From: a virus
Taxonomy: Duplodnaviria > Caudoviricetes
Virus record (IMG/VR): IMGVR_UViG_3300032244_000155
Span: 5,306 to 69,305 of that record
Reading direction: 5' to 3' (one strand)
DNA length: 64,000 nucleotides
Shown in pieces: positions 55,051-64,000 of the stretch. The position numbers were made by a program, and so were the translations under genes. The stretch's first letter is position 1. Every line of letters starts with the position of its first letter. The notes under the pieces are model-generated. The model saw only the letters and a program-made list of their open reading frames with translations. It had not been told where the DNA came from and made no database searches.

Positions 55051-58000
55051 TCATAGGTTTGCTATTCTTGTTTGAAAATCAGCAAAACTAGTACTGTTGG
55101 CCACTACTGATTTTAGTGTGCTTAACTTTATGTATGAATTAGCCGAATAGCCGCCAAGATAATTTGCATTATTTGCAGTACCGGCAATGTCGTTTGGAAT
55201 AACAATAGATGATGTTTGCTGAACGTTGACAATAACGGCAGGTATTGCGGGCATCACTGGATTAATTTGTGCAGGATATGATGCTATCTTTGTAATACCT
55301 GAAGTGGATGCAATCTCAAACTGAACTCTATCGGCAGCATTCAAAGTTAATAAAAATGGCGTGACAGCAATAAGACTTCCAGGCTCATTACTATTTTCTT
55401 TTTTATGAACGGTAAACTTGCTACCCGTATTTGCTAAGTTTACTCCATTCACTCGAACCCAAACATCAACGTCATCAGACTGATTTCCGCTGTTTTCTAA
55501 CTGAATGGAATACTCAACGTGATAATTTCCTGCATGAGCAATCAAAATATCATTATTGCCGCCAGTAGTTACGCCATTCGTACCACCATATGATCCTGTA
55601 ATAGGAACAGTATATGCGAGTGATGTGTTTGACATTGCAACGTTTGCGCCGTTGTAATAGAACGAACCAAAATAGCCTGTCGTTAGATTGTTAGCAGAGA
55701 TACCAATTGCTTGATTAATCCATTGACCAGTTGCAGTATTAAATGTTAAAACTTGATCATTCAATGGACTTAGAGCTGTCACATCACTCAATCCATCAAG
55801 TGTTGTGACAAGTGTTGGTTTGTTTCTAATATACGCTACATTAGCAGTATCAGAAACGTTCCAATCTGATTGTGTATTAGCAGTTGTCCATGCTGAATTT
55901 GCAGTAGAGTATGCAGTATTAGTAGTTGACCAGATTGTATTAACAGTTGTATTGACTGCATAGCCCGCATTATTTGCGGCAGTAATCTGTCTTGTACCAT
56001 CATTAAATGTAATACCAATATTAGCATTAAATATGTTGCCAGTTGGTTGAACAAAACTTAAACCAGTGCTATCTATTTGTGATGAAAAATTTCTGGTATT
56101 TGATCCTAATGGAGCATTATAGAATCTTTGTGCTGATCCTCTTGTGGCCAATGTAGTATGTTCAAGTGATACTATATCAATGCTTGATGGACTTTGTCCA
56201 GCAGTAACACCACCAAATCCAGTGTCTTCTCTCCAACCACTAGCTACTATTCTAAAAAGAGTATCATTAGCTTCTGTAGCTAAAGGATTGTCTGATGTGC
56301 CTCTTGCTTGACGAGCAACTAAAGCGTTAAAACTTGCAGCACTATTTGCGCTATAATTATCTAAACTTACTCTTGTAGCTGCACCATCATTTCCAGTAAT
56401 ATGTAACATACCACCAGCAGATGTTACTGGTTGATATACCCCATTAGCACTACCAACAATATTTAATCCTCCGGAATCTCCTGCTGGAATATTTGGCACA
56501 TTAACTTGAACACGACCACTTCTGGTAATAGAAAAACTATTAAAACCATTAGCAGTATTTACTTGTATTGCACGATTGAATACAACATTTGCTGTTGCAC
56601 CAATAGTACCAACAATCATGTCTCTTGCATTATTAGCAATTTTTATTTGATTGTCTAAAAGTGTGAATTCACCAACTTCAAGTCCAGCACCGCCTTTGAT
56701 GTAGAAGTTTCCATCTTTAGCGCCAAGTGCTTGGTCATTACCTAATGTTTCATCTTGAACGTAGATAGTGCCTGCGCCAAGCCAAATTTCTTTGAATCGT
56801 TTTGCAGGAGTTCCGAGTGACCATATATTTGTTGTATATGGAATAATATCTGAGTGAGGAACAATATAACCGCCAGCACCAGGATTCAATGTAATATCAG
56901 TATTTGCTAGAGTAGAAATTGATAGTCCAGCATTGACAATTTGTCTAGCAAAAGTCAATACTGTATTGGATGGTGGAATTGGTGCTGACGGTGCAAAATT
57001 TGTATTTGTTATGATGACGTTTGCGTTTGCACCAGTACCTACTGCTAAAATTGCACTATTGCTTGGAATAGATGCACCACCAACAATGTCTCCAACTTGA
57101 AGAGATATCGTTGGAATATTTTTTAATTGATATACAACATAAGGAACACCAGTGATACCATTTGTTAATCCGTAGTTACCAATGACTAAATTTGCAGTAT
57201 TGCCATATTCTAAAACTGCATTTAACGATTCATTTAAAATACTAGCAATAATACTATCAGAACCGCTCAAAAGAGAACCAACGGGAATGTTTACTGCTAA
57301 TACTGAGATTGCATTGTTAGTTGTATTGCCTCGAGTGGTAACAGAGTTTAATGTTTCTGTGTTTGATGATGTAGTATTTCCTCCAGTGCTTGTTCCAGTT
57401 GGACCAAACTCTCCCCAAATAGGATATGAAGTATTTCCGAAGTTGTAATATACGAATGCTGTATCTGTGTTTACCCAAAGATCGTTTATATTTGCAGTTG
57501 TTGGTGCTGTGTTTTGATGAAACGTATATGTCTTGCTATTTGCTAAATCAAAAGCAAGATTCGCTTGATAATATGCGCTATTGGCTTGTAAGTATGCTGA
57601 GTTTGCTGTGTACCAAGCAGTGTTTGCTCTTGTTCTAGCAAATAAATCTATTGTTCCACCACCACCAGTTTGTTCTACAAAAACAAACTTTTTTGTTGAT
57701 TCATTATAAGATAAAACATAACCATCAGTAATGCTATCTCTATCAACATCGTCTAAGTAGCGTAGATTAACTTCACCACCACCATGAGATCCGCCACCGA
57801 ATCCTTGACCAATGATCGCATTAACTTTATTTTTGTATTGATTTACATCCTGTAGTAGAAACTCTTTGAATTTGTTGACTTGCTCTTCTACTACTCTTAC
57901 ATCAGCATCTTGACCGGGATCGCCCCTTTCACCTTGTGGACCCTGCTCTCCTTGAGGTCCTTGTGCACCTGTTGGACCAATGTCTCCCTTCTCACCTTTT

Positions 58001-58590
58001 GCTCCTTGTGCGCCAGGTTTTCCGTCTTTTCCTTGTGCACCATCTCTACCATCAACACCATCCCTACCATCTAAGCCGTCGCGTCCAGGTAAGCCATTGA
58101 TTCCGTCGCGACCATCTTTTCCAGCAGAACCATCTTTGCCGTCTACTCCAGCAGGACCTTGAATACCCTGTTCGCCTTGAATTCCCTGTTCGCCGCGATC
58201 ACCTTTGTCGCCCTGATCGCCTTTTTCTCCACGTTCGCCTTTAGGACCAGTAGCGCCCAAGTATCCTTGAGGACCAACTTCACCAGTGTCGCCTTTTTCA
58301 CCTTGTGGACCCTGTTCGCCAGTGTCACCCTTTGGACCAACTGGACCTTGAGCACCAGTCTGACCAATGAATCCACGAGGACCAACGATACCCCGTTCTC
58401 CTTGTGGACCTTCGACATACTCAACGAGAGTTTTCTGTTCTTTACTTTTTTCTTCAACGAAATTAAAAAATTCTTTTTTTAATTTCTGAATTTCTTTTTT
58501 AGTATAAGCAACTGATGTTGCTACAGAAAGTGCTTCGCTGATAATATCCTTTTGCGAATTACTCTTTGTTGTCACCCCTAGCCTCTTCAA
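55051..58590 (-). CDS. Collagen-like fibre protein with probable C1q-like C-terminal head
   Basis: 56 uninterrupted G-X-Y triplets (aa 61-228); GGGEVNLRYLDDV; C-terminal GSFY..GNYHVEYSIQL. Confidence 0.8.
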   Translation of the reverse strand: MKRLGVTTKSNSQKDIISEALSVATSVAYTKKEIQKLKKEFFNFVEEKSKEQKTLVEYVEGPQGERGIVGPRGFIGQTGAQGPVGPKGDTGEQGPQGEKGDTGEVGPQGYLGATGPKGERGEKGDQGDKGDRGEQGIQGEQGIQGPAGVDGKDGSAGKDGRDGINGLPGRDGLDGRDGVDGRDGAQGKDGKPGAQGAKGEKGDIGPTGAQGPQGEQGPQGERGDPGQDADVRVVEEQVNKFKEFLLQDVNQYKNKVNAIIGQGFGGGSHGGGEVNLRYLDDVDRDSITDGYVLSYNESTKKFVFVEQTGGGGTIDLFARTRANTAWYTANSAYLQANSAYYQANLAFDLANSKTYTFHQNTAPTTANINDLWVNTDTAFVYYNFGNTSYPIWGEFGPTGTSTGGNTTSSNTETLNSVTTRGNTTNNAISVLAVNIPVGSLLSGSDSIIASILNESLNAVLEYGNTANLVIGNYGLTNGITGVPYVVYQLKNIPTISLQVGDIVGGASIPSNSAILAVGTGANANVIITNTNFAPSAPIPPSNTVLTFARQIVNAGLSISTLANTDITLNPGAGGYIVPHSDIIPYTTNIWSLGTPAKRFKEIWLGAGTIYVQDETLGNDQALGAKDGNFYIKGGAGLEVGEFTLLDNQIKIANNARDMIVGTIGATANVVFNRAIQVNTANGFNSFSITRSGRVQVNVPNIPAGDSGGLNIVGSANGVYQPVTSAGGMLHITGNDGAATRVSLDNYSANSAASFNALVARQARGTSDNPLATEANDTLFRIVASGWREDTGFGGVTAGQSPSSIDIVSLEHTTLATRGSAQRFYNAPLGSNTRNFSSQIDSTGLSFVQPTGNIFNANIGITFNDGTRQITAANNAGYAVNTTVNTIWSTTNTAYSTANSAWTTANTQSDWNVSDTANVAYIRNKPTLVTTLDGLSDVTALSPLNDQVLTFNTATGQWINQAIGISANNLTTGYFGSFYYNGANVAMSNTSLAYTVPITGSYGGTNGVTTGGNNDILIAHAGNYHVEYSIQLENSGNQSDDVDVWVRVNGVNLANTGSKFTVHKKENSNEPGSLIAVTPFLLTLNAADRVQFEIASTSGITKIASYPAQINPVMPAIPAVIVNVQQTSSIVIPNDIAGTANNANYLGGYSANSYIKLSTLKSVVANSTSFADFQTRIANL
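57907..58410 (-). repeat. Collagen G-X-Y repeat
   Basis: GPQGER..GDPGQD, 56 triplets counted by hand. Confidence 0.95.
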
Positions 58591-60220
58591 CTAAAGTATC
58601 AAAAAATCTTGTCATTGATTTTGATAATTCTTTTTGATCAGAATCATCAATTTCTCTTTCATACTCTTCGCCTTTTACTTTAATATTAACCTGATGGGAT
58701 GTTGGTGCTGGTGGTGCTTCTTGAGGCATTTCTTCCTGAGGAGGAGTATTCTCTTCTTGCTCTGCAGCTTCTTCTTCCATTTCTTTATCAATTTCTTTAA
58801 TATCTTCTTCGCTTTGTTGCAACACTTTATTACGAATATGACGAACTGAAAAATACTTTCCAACAAATGGATCGATTGCTTCTAACAAACCAAGTCTTTC
58901 TTTTAGAATCTCAGCATGTTTAAGTTCTGCAAAATGCAAATCTGATTGATAATCATAAGAAATTTCTTCTTTCATTTGTTGCCATTCTTTACGAGTACAG
59001 ATACCCTTTAGCAACAATTGTGTTTCAAGCATTTTGTCAAATAAATGTGAAAATCTCAAACGTAAACGATTGATAAATTTTGAAAACTTTAATTCATCTC
59101 TTGTGATTTCTGACGCTCTACCCAAAGAGAATCCATTCTCTGCATCTAATCTTGAGATAGGAACATTTAATGCTTTAAATACTTTCTTTTGAAAATATAG
59201 AACGTCTTCAATCTCACCTAGATTTTGACCGCCCTGAAGAGTTGTGATTTCAGTTCCTTTACCACCCTCTCTTCTTGGCAACCAAAAGTCTTCAAGCATA
59301 GTTTGGAATCTTCTATCATCACGAATCTCGCCAGTCTGTGCATCATACACAATCTTGTTTTTATATCTTTGCATAATGTCGCGAAGATATTGCTCAGCCT
59401 TCATTTTTGGTAAATTTCCAACATCAATATAAAAAATTCTACGTTCTGGTGCTCTTGAAATGCGATAGATGACTGTTGCATCTTCAAGCATTCTTAATTG
59501 ATTTAGTGGCTTGATTGCTTTATGCAAATGAGAAATGATGACTTTACCATCTTTATCTGTAATTCCAGAATTTGTATAACAAATAGCATCAGAAGCAATT
59601 TTAATGCCTTGAGATCCATCTCTAGCAAAACCTTTATCCGAGTAAATATAATAATCTACATAATTTTGTGAAGGAAGTGCATTTACATTGATTAGATTCT
59701 TGTCTCTCTTCTGCTCTCTAACTTTACGAATCTTTCTAGGATCAACATAACGAACTTCCTTTAAACCGGCTCTAGGATTCTTTTCATCAATGACCATGTG
59801 ATAGTAAAGTCTACCATCAACATACCATCTACGGAAAATATCATATCCTTGATTATTAAAATCAAGAAGTTTCATAATGAAATAATATTCATCACGGATT
59901 TTCTTTTTGATTGATTCTGGTTGTTCTAGTTTATCTAAAATAATTTGAACTGGATAGTCTCCATCTTCAAACACTAAAGATTCATTAACAATGTCTTCAA
60001 TAGCAGTATCACATTCTGGTTGAAGTGCCATTTCGCGATATTTTTTAATTAAATCAGCATCAGATCTGATCTGACCTTCTAAATCAATATATGTACCGTA
60101 TACTCCGCCTCCAGCTATCGATACTGATGCATCATCATCATTAGCTGGAACGAACGATTTTAATTTCTCTGATTCGGCATCTTCTTTGCCGATCTTATAT
60201 CCGAAAAGTTTTATGGCCAT
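58559..60220 (-). CDS. 20: Portal protein gp20
   Basis: RRWYVDGR, LHKAIKPLNQLRMLEDA, RAPERRIFYIDVGNLP, EDFWLPRREGGKGTEITTL. Confidence 0.99.
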   Translation of the reverse strand: MAIKLFGYKIGKEDAESEKLKSFVPANDDDASVSIAGGGVYGTYIDLEGQIRSDADLIKKYREMALQPECDTAIEDIVNESLVFEDGDYPVQIILDKLEQPESIKKKIRDEYYFIMKLLDFNNQGYDIFRRWYVDGRLYYHMVIDEKNPRAGLKEVRYVDPRKIRKVREQKRDKNLINVNALPSQNYVDYYIYSDKGFARDGSQGIKIASDAICYTNSGITDKDGKVIISHLHKAIKPLNQLRMLEDATVIYRISRAPERRIFYIDVGNLPKMKAEQYLRDIMQRYKNKIVYDAQTGEIRDDRRFQTMLEDFWLPRREGGKGTEITTLQGGQNLGEIEDVLYFQKKVFKALNVPISRLDAENGFSLGRASEITRDELKFSKFINRLRLRFSHLFDKMLETQLLLKGICTRKEWQQMKEEISYDYQSDLHFAELKHAEILKERLGLLEAIDPFVGKYFSVRHIRNKVLQQSEEDIKEIDKEMEEEAAEQEENTPPQEEMPQEAPPAPTSHQVNIKVKGEEYEREIDDSDQKELSKSMTRFFDTLVEEARGDNKE

Positions 60221-60235
60221 TTTTTATTCCTAAAA

Positions 60236-60260
60236 AACGAACGGGGGCATAATAGCCCCC
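60236..60260 (-). terminator. Terminator-like hairpin in the gp20 leader
   Basis: gggggc/gccccc stem (60243-60260), then GTTCGTTTTT. Confidence 0.55.
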
Positions 60261-60272
60261 ATTCCGACACTA

Positions 60273-60298
60273 TTACGCATTTATTTATGTATGCGTAA
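60273..60298 (-). promoter_or_regulatory. Late promoter variant CATAAATA inside an inverted repeat
   Basis: ttacgcat/atgcgtaa arms flank tatttatg (60282-60289). Confidence 0.55.
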
Positions 60299-60318
60299 AA
60301 TTCATATTGGAACGAATA

Positions 60319-60906
60319 TTATGTTGTTGTTGGCACCGCTGGTGCATCAGCATCAATATTTGCTGCAGTATCACCAAATAAAACGTGGTTATACATGAAT
60401 GTTACTGTAAACTCTTGAATTGCATCAGTTGTGTCATACGACAAATCGATTGCTGAAACATCTACAGGAAAAGCGTCAACTAATTTATATCTACGGCTCG
60501 CTTTACCATTAATTTTTAAGTGTGCAATGTCAACAGAAACTTTATAGTCAATATTTTGTGTAGTACGAATGTCTTCAATAGCGTTTGGATTGTTGATGTA
60601 TTTCAACCATCTATCAAATGCTTTACGCATCAATTGTTTGTTATCATTAACGATTGTGACTGTCCAATCGCCATAAGTTCTATCACCAGGAAGTTTAATT
60701 CTTCTTCCTCTATACGGAACTTCGATAACTCCAACAGACAATGCTGGAATTGCTGCAGATTTGCATAGAACTGTAAAGTTGCTCGCAATAGCATTTCCAG
60801 TATCAGCAACTCCAGCAGGCAATCTCAAATCTACTGAAAATAGATTTGGTTTTGCTCCAGCACTAAGTGCAGCTCTAAAACTTGAGATATTAAAAAATGA
60901 GGCCAT
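60319..60906 (-). CDS. 19: Tail tube protein gp19 (paralogue 2)
   Basis: GAKPNLFSV, CKSAAIPA, YRGRRIKLPGDRTY.DWTVT, IQEFTVTF.Y. Confidence 0.93.
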   Translation of the reverse strand: MASFFNISSFRAALSAGAKPNLFSVDLRLPAGVADTGNAIASNFTVLCKSAAIPALSVGVIEVPYRGRRIKLPGDRTYGDWTVTIVNDNKQLMRKAFDRWLKYINNPNAIEDIRTTQNIDYKVSVDIAHLKINGKASRRYKLVDAFPVDVSAIDLSYDTTDAIQEFTVTFMYNHVLFGDTAANIDADAPAVPTTT

Positions 60907-60932
60907 GATTATTCCTTATTTTGATATTTTTA

Positions 60933-61478
60933 TTATAGTTCAGTATAAACAAAATAATCGTATGACCAAGTACATGTAAATTCTTCAAGTGTATCTGTAG
61001 AGTCATATGATAAATCGATTGTCGAAATATCACTTGGCCAAGCGTTTCTTAGTTCACATTTATATACTGCAGTTCCACTTAAATCAAATTGAGTTACTGT
61101 GATAGTTCCAAAATCAGAATCAGTAGCGCCAGTTCTTGATGCATATGCATTTACATCACCAAGATTAGTTGGCGCATATAGTCTTTGCAAATCTTCTAGC
61201 GACTTTCTAATTTTTTGATTCTGATCGGACATGATTGTAGTTGTCCAATCGGAGAATGTTCTGTCTCCAGCAAGTTTGTAGCGGCGACCAGCAACGAATG
61301 GAATTTCAATCGCTCCTAGAGTCGATCCAGGAAGCTGCGCCGCTTTACACAAATATTGGAACTTTTCTATCAAACCATTGTCATTTAAATCTGGGATTGC
61401 TAAAGTAACTGTAAATAGATTTGATCTAGCTCCAGTAGCAATCGCTGATTTTAATCTTTCTAAACTGGTGAATGCCAT
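60933..61478 (-). CDS. 19: Tail tube protein gp19 (paralogue 1)
   Basis: GARSNLFTV, CKAAQLPGS, GRRYKLAGDRTFSDWT, LEEFTCTWSYDY. Confidence 0.93.
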   Translation of the reverse strand: MAFTSLERLKSAIATGARSNLFTVTLAIPDLNDNGLIEKFQYLCKAAQLPGSTLGAIEIPFVAGRRYKLAGDRTFSDWTTTIMSDQNQKIRKSLEDLQRLYAPTNLGDVNAYASRTGATDSDFGTITVTQFDLSGTAVYKCELRNAWPSDISTIDLSYDSTDTLEEFTCTWSYDYFVYTEL

Positions 61479-61508
61479 TTTATTCTCCGTTGTGTTTATA
61501 TGCTATAT

Positions 61509-63413
61509 TTATCCGCCAGTCACTTCGGTAAACGCAACAGTTCCTGCAACGGAAACAAAATTAAGCTGAATAAAGTTAACAGAGCGAATTGGCTGAACGT
61601 AAATGTCACAAATAAATTCATTATTATTTACAACAGTTGGAGGATTGTTTCTTTCGTCACAAATCACGCTAAATGCTGTAATACCTCTTCTAGCTTGTAC
61701 ACTTCTTAGATAAGGAACAATCAAGTTAACGAATGATGCTCTTGTTGTTTCATCATTCTGATCAAATAGAACTGCATTTGCTGCATCGGAAATTGTTCTT
61801 TGTAATTCAATGAACAATTTACGAACGTTGATTCTATTTGTTGAAACAGGCTTTGTTGTGAAAGTCTTATCACCGAATAGAACAGTTCCACGACCAACTT
61901 GCGTAAACACAGGATTGACTGCAGTCTTATAAAGTGTGTCGCGCTCATCTTGATTTGGATTAAATGCTAGTCTAACTAGATTCTGAACACCGCCGTTTGC
62001 ATACCCAGCAGGCGATAACCAAGGATCTCTTGTAGCGTCATTTCTAGCAATGATACCAGCAGTATCTGGATTCAATGGAACATAAACATATGTGTCATTG
62101 TATTTGTCGTACTGATATTTCCATCCACTATCTGCAACTACATATGTTGAACGTGTGATTGTGTCCGCCCATGTTGCAATTGCGCTTGCTTCAGATCCAG
62201 CATTGTTTACAACGTTTGCTCTTAGTGGAGAGATACATGCAACAATGTCTCTTCTTGTTTCAGCAACGTCAGAGATGATTCTGTTAACAACAGAAGCGTT
62301 TCCTTGACCAGCGATAATAATTGTTGCTGGAACTTCTTGCTTGTTTGAAAGTTTTCCAAACGCTGTTGTACGATCACCATCAGTTACTGTGTTGCCGTCA
62401 GATCCGCCAGCTAAAGAATAAGTCTTTGGTTTAGTAACTGCTGTATATGTAACCCCTGCGCCAGATGTGACGAACGCATTGCCCCAGTTGGTTCCAGCAT
62501 TGTCATGCGCCGCCCACCAAACATATTGTGAACGATCATTGATAACTGTTTTATAGTAGTTTGTGCCGCCATTGTCTGATTTAGCATTAGATCCTTTTGA
62601 TAGATAACCAAACTTCTCTAAAACTGTTCCAGCTGTACCAGTAATGTCACCTTCTTCGTCAACAATTGCAACGTGCATTTCGTCGTTCGATGCGCCCTGC
62701 AATCCAGCCATTGTCGATGTTCCTGGAGCTGAGTCAAACTCGCTAAAGTATTCCCATCTACGAGTTGCTGTTGCAGCTGTTGCACCAGTCAAGTGTGCTG
62801 TTGATAGACTAAACGCATTCGCATTGATTGTGTTGGAAACTCTAATTGTGCGTCCATTTAAAGTAACATAGTCACCAATTGTTAGTTCTGTATTAGCTGC
62901 AGAACCTGAACCCACAACTAATGTTCCACCAGTATCAACTGTAAATGTTCCAGTTAGTGTTGATGACCATGCAGTTGCACTTGGACAAATAGAAACTTTA
63001 ATTGAGTTTCCTAATGCACCAGCATACTTTGCTAGCCATGGTCCGACGTTAAATGAAACAGTATTCAAATAAACGTCTTGATTCTTGATTAGAATTCCAG
63101 TACCAGATGTACCAGATCCTGTTGTTGCTTCTGCAGTAGCATTTAGTGGTGTGTTTGCTGTTCTAACAACGAATAGTTGATTAGAATATCCTAGAAAGTT
63201 AGCTGCTGAAAGAAAATCAACAATGTTAGTCGCATTTGGTTTTCCAAATCTTCCGACTAGATCAGTTTCAGAAGTTACTAGTGTTGGATATTCAATTGGT
63301 CCCCAACGGAACTGACCAGCAAATCCGCCAGCAGTAGAAGCAGTTACGGGTTGGGAAGATACTAAATCTTGTTCAGTGACCTTGATTCCTGGTGAAATTA
63401 GACTAATAGCCAT
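61509..63413 (-). CDS. 18: Tail sheath protein gp18
   Basis: SPGIKVTE.D, GQFRWGP, WLSPAG, RINVRKLF, IYVQPIRSVNFIQLNFV. Confidence 0.98.
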   Translation of the reverse strand: MAISLISPGIKVTEQDLVSSQPVTASTAGGFAGQFRWGPIEYPTLVTSETDLVGRFGKPNATNIVDFLSAANFLGYSNQLFVVRTANTPLNATAEATTGSGTSGTGILIKNQDVYLNTVSFNVGPWLAKYAGALGNSIKVSICPSATAWSSTLTGTFTVDTGGTLVVGSGSAANTELTIGDYVTLNGRTIRVSNTINANAFSLSTAHLTGATAATATRRWEYFSEFDSAPGTSTMAGLQGASNDEMHVAIVDEEGDITGTAGTVLEKFGYLSKGSNAKSDNGGTNYYKTVINDRSQYVWWAAHDNAGTNWGNAFVTSGAGVTYTAVTKPKTYSLAGGSDGNTVTDGDRTTAFGKLSNKQEVPATIIIAGQGNASVVNRIISDVAETRRDIVACISPLRANVVNNAGSEASAIATWADTITRSTYVVADSGWKYQYDKYNDTYVYVPLNPDTAGIIARNDATRDPWLSPAGYANGGVQNLVRLAFNPNQDERDTLYKTAVNPVFTQVGRGTVLFGDKTFTTKPVSTNRINVRKLFIELQRTISDAANAVLFDQNDETTRASFVNLIVPYLRSVQARRGITAFSVICDERNNPPTVVNNNEFICDIYVQPIRSVNFIQLNFVSVAGTVAFTEVTGG

Positions 63414-63460
63414 TGAATTCTCCTTGTTATAATAATTTTATATTTGAGTTTACTTCAATT

Positions 63461-63468
63461 TATTTATA
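63461..63468 (-). promoter_or_regulatory. Late promoter TATAAATA overlapping the gp17 stop
   Basis: Exact match upstream of gp18. Confidence 0.8.
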
Positions 63469-64000
63469 AAAAATCGCTTTTGTGTGTGCTTGCTGTATCC
63501 CATACTTGCCCACCAGAATCGACAAATTGCGTTTCTTCTTTTCCCGTATTTATAAAGCCAAAAGGTGTGATCTCATCTTCAATCATCTTAATGCGAGCAT
63601 CGTATAATTCTTTTCTGATGTTTATGTTTGTTAATTCTTTGAAGTATGAGTTTGTTGTGAGCCATGAAAATAGCACTAGAGGCATTACTAAATCATCATG
63701 ATATCCCTCATCGGCAGAAAAGCTGTCACGCTTTTGAATGAATGTTGAGATTTCTGAGATTGTGTCTGCATCATGAATTAGAAGTTTCTTTTCTTCAAGC
63801 ATTGATTTAAAGTTTGAACATCCAATACGTTTTACTTTTTTGTCTGTGATAACACCAAGTTGTGTTTTGCCGTTACCAAAGCCACCGTTAACGACTTGTC
63901 CTTGAGTTGTTCTGGAAACAGATATGATATTTTCATATTCATATTCGCTATAAAGAATTTCTGCGACTTGTTCTGATGTATTGATTTCAATTAGAACGTA
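63464..64000 (-). CDS. 17: Terminase large subunit gp17, C-terminal part (5' end outside the window)
   Basis: Frame open to the edge: YVLIEIN..KVKRIGCSNFKSMLE..ADEGYHDDLVM. Confidence 0.93.
   Translation of the reverse strand, partial: YVLIEINTSEQVAEILYSEYEYENIISVSRTTQGQVVNGGFGNGKTQLGVITDKKVKRIGCSNFKSMLEEKKLLIHDADTISEISTFIQKRDSFSADEGYHDDLVMPLVLFSWLTTNSYFKELTNINIRKELYDARIKMIEDEITPFGFINTGKEETQFVDSGGQVWDTASTHKSDFL

Noticed and set aside
57980-58482. Alternative-frame ORFs over the collagen region
   Set aside because: By-products of the G-X-Y codon periodicity.
1-64000. Genome-wide TAG reassignment as the reason for the stop in gp43B
   Set aside because: All other long genes (up to 1384 aa) are open in the standard code. 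Reading TAG at 29435-29437 as sense would fuse cmoA through a promoter into an early gene. TAG is a rare but real stop here; it was the only TAG among the roughly 60 gene ends I checked.

Overview
64 kb of a T4-like myovirus genome (cyanophage/pelagiphage-type gene order), with essentially every gene on the minus strand. From high to low coordinate: terminase gp17 (partial), sheath gp18, two tube gp19 paralogues, portal gp20, a ~14.7 kb block of fibre-like genes between gp20 and gp67, the head module (gp67, gp68, gp21, gp22, gp23), gp3, uvsY, uvsW, gp55, gp47, gp46, dCMP deaminase, a three-gene DNA-modification cluster, sigma70-driven early genes (OB-fold, VWA, AAA+), the replisome (gp45, gp44, gp62, regA, split gp43, uvsX, gp40, gp41) with Dps and Hsp20, an early small-gene island, and a late cassette of probably capsid-packaged polyproteins. 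Two top candidates. (1) An AsnB-like amidoligase, a C5-cytosine methyltransferase whose motif X reads GRM instead of GN(S/A), and a CmoA-like carboxy-SAM synthase are adjacent (29435-32154). This is the set expected for 5-carboxymethyl- or 5-carbamoylmethyl-cytosine DNA. (2) The second half of the split DNA polymerase has a 9-nt insertion with an in-frame UAG right after motif B (GGA-UAG-UUU-GGU; GGA is codon 46, as in T4 gene 60), suggesting programmed ribosomal hopping or readthrough. All protein calls are from recognised motifs and synteny. No searches were run.
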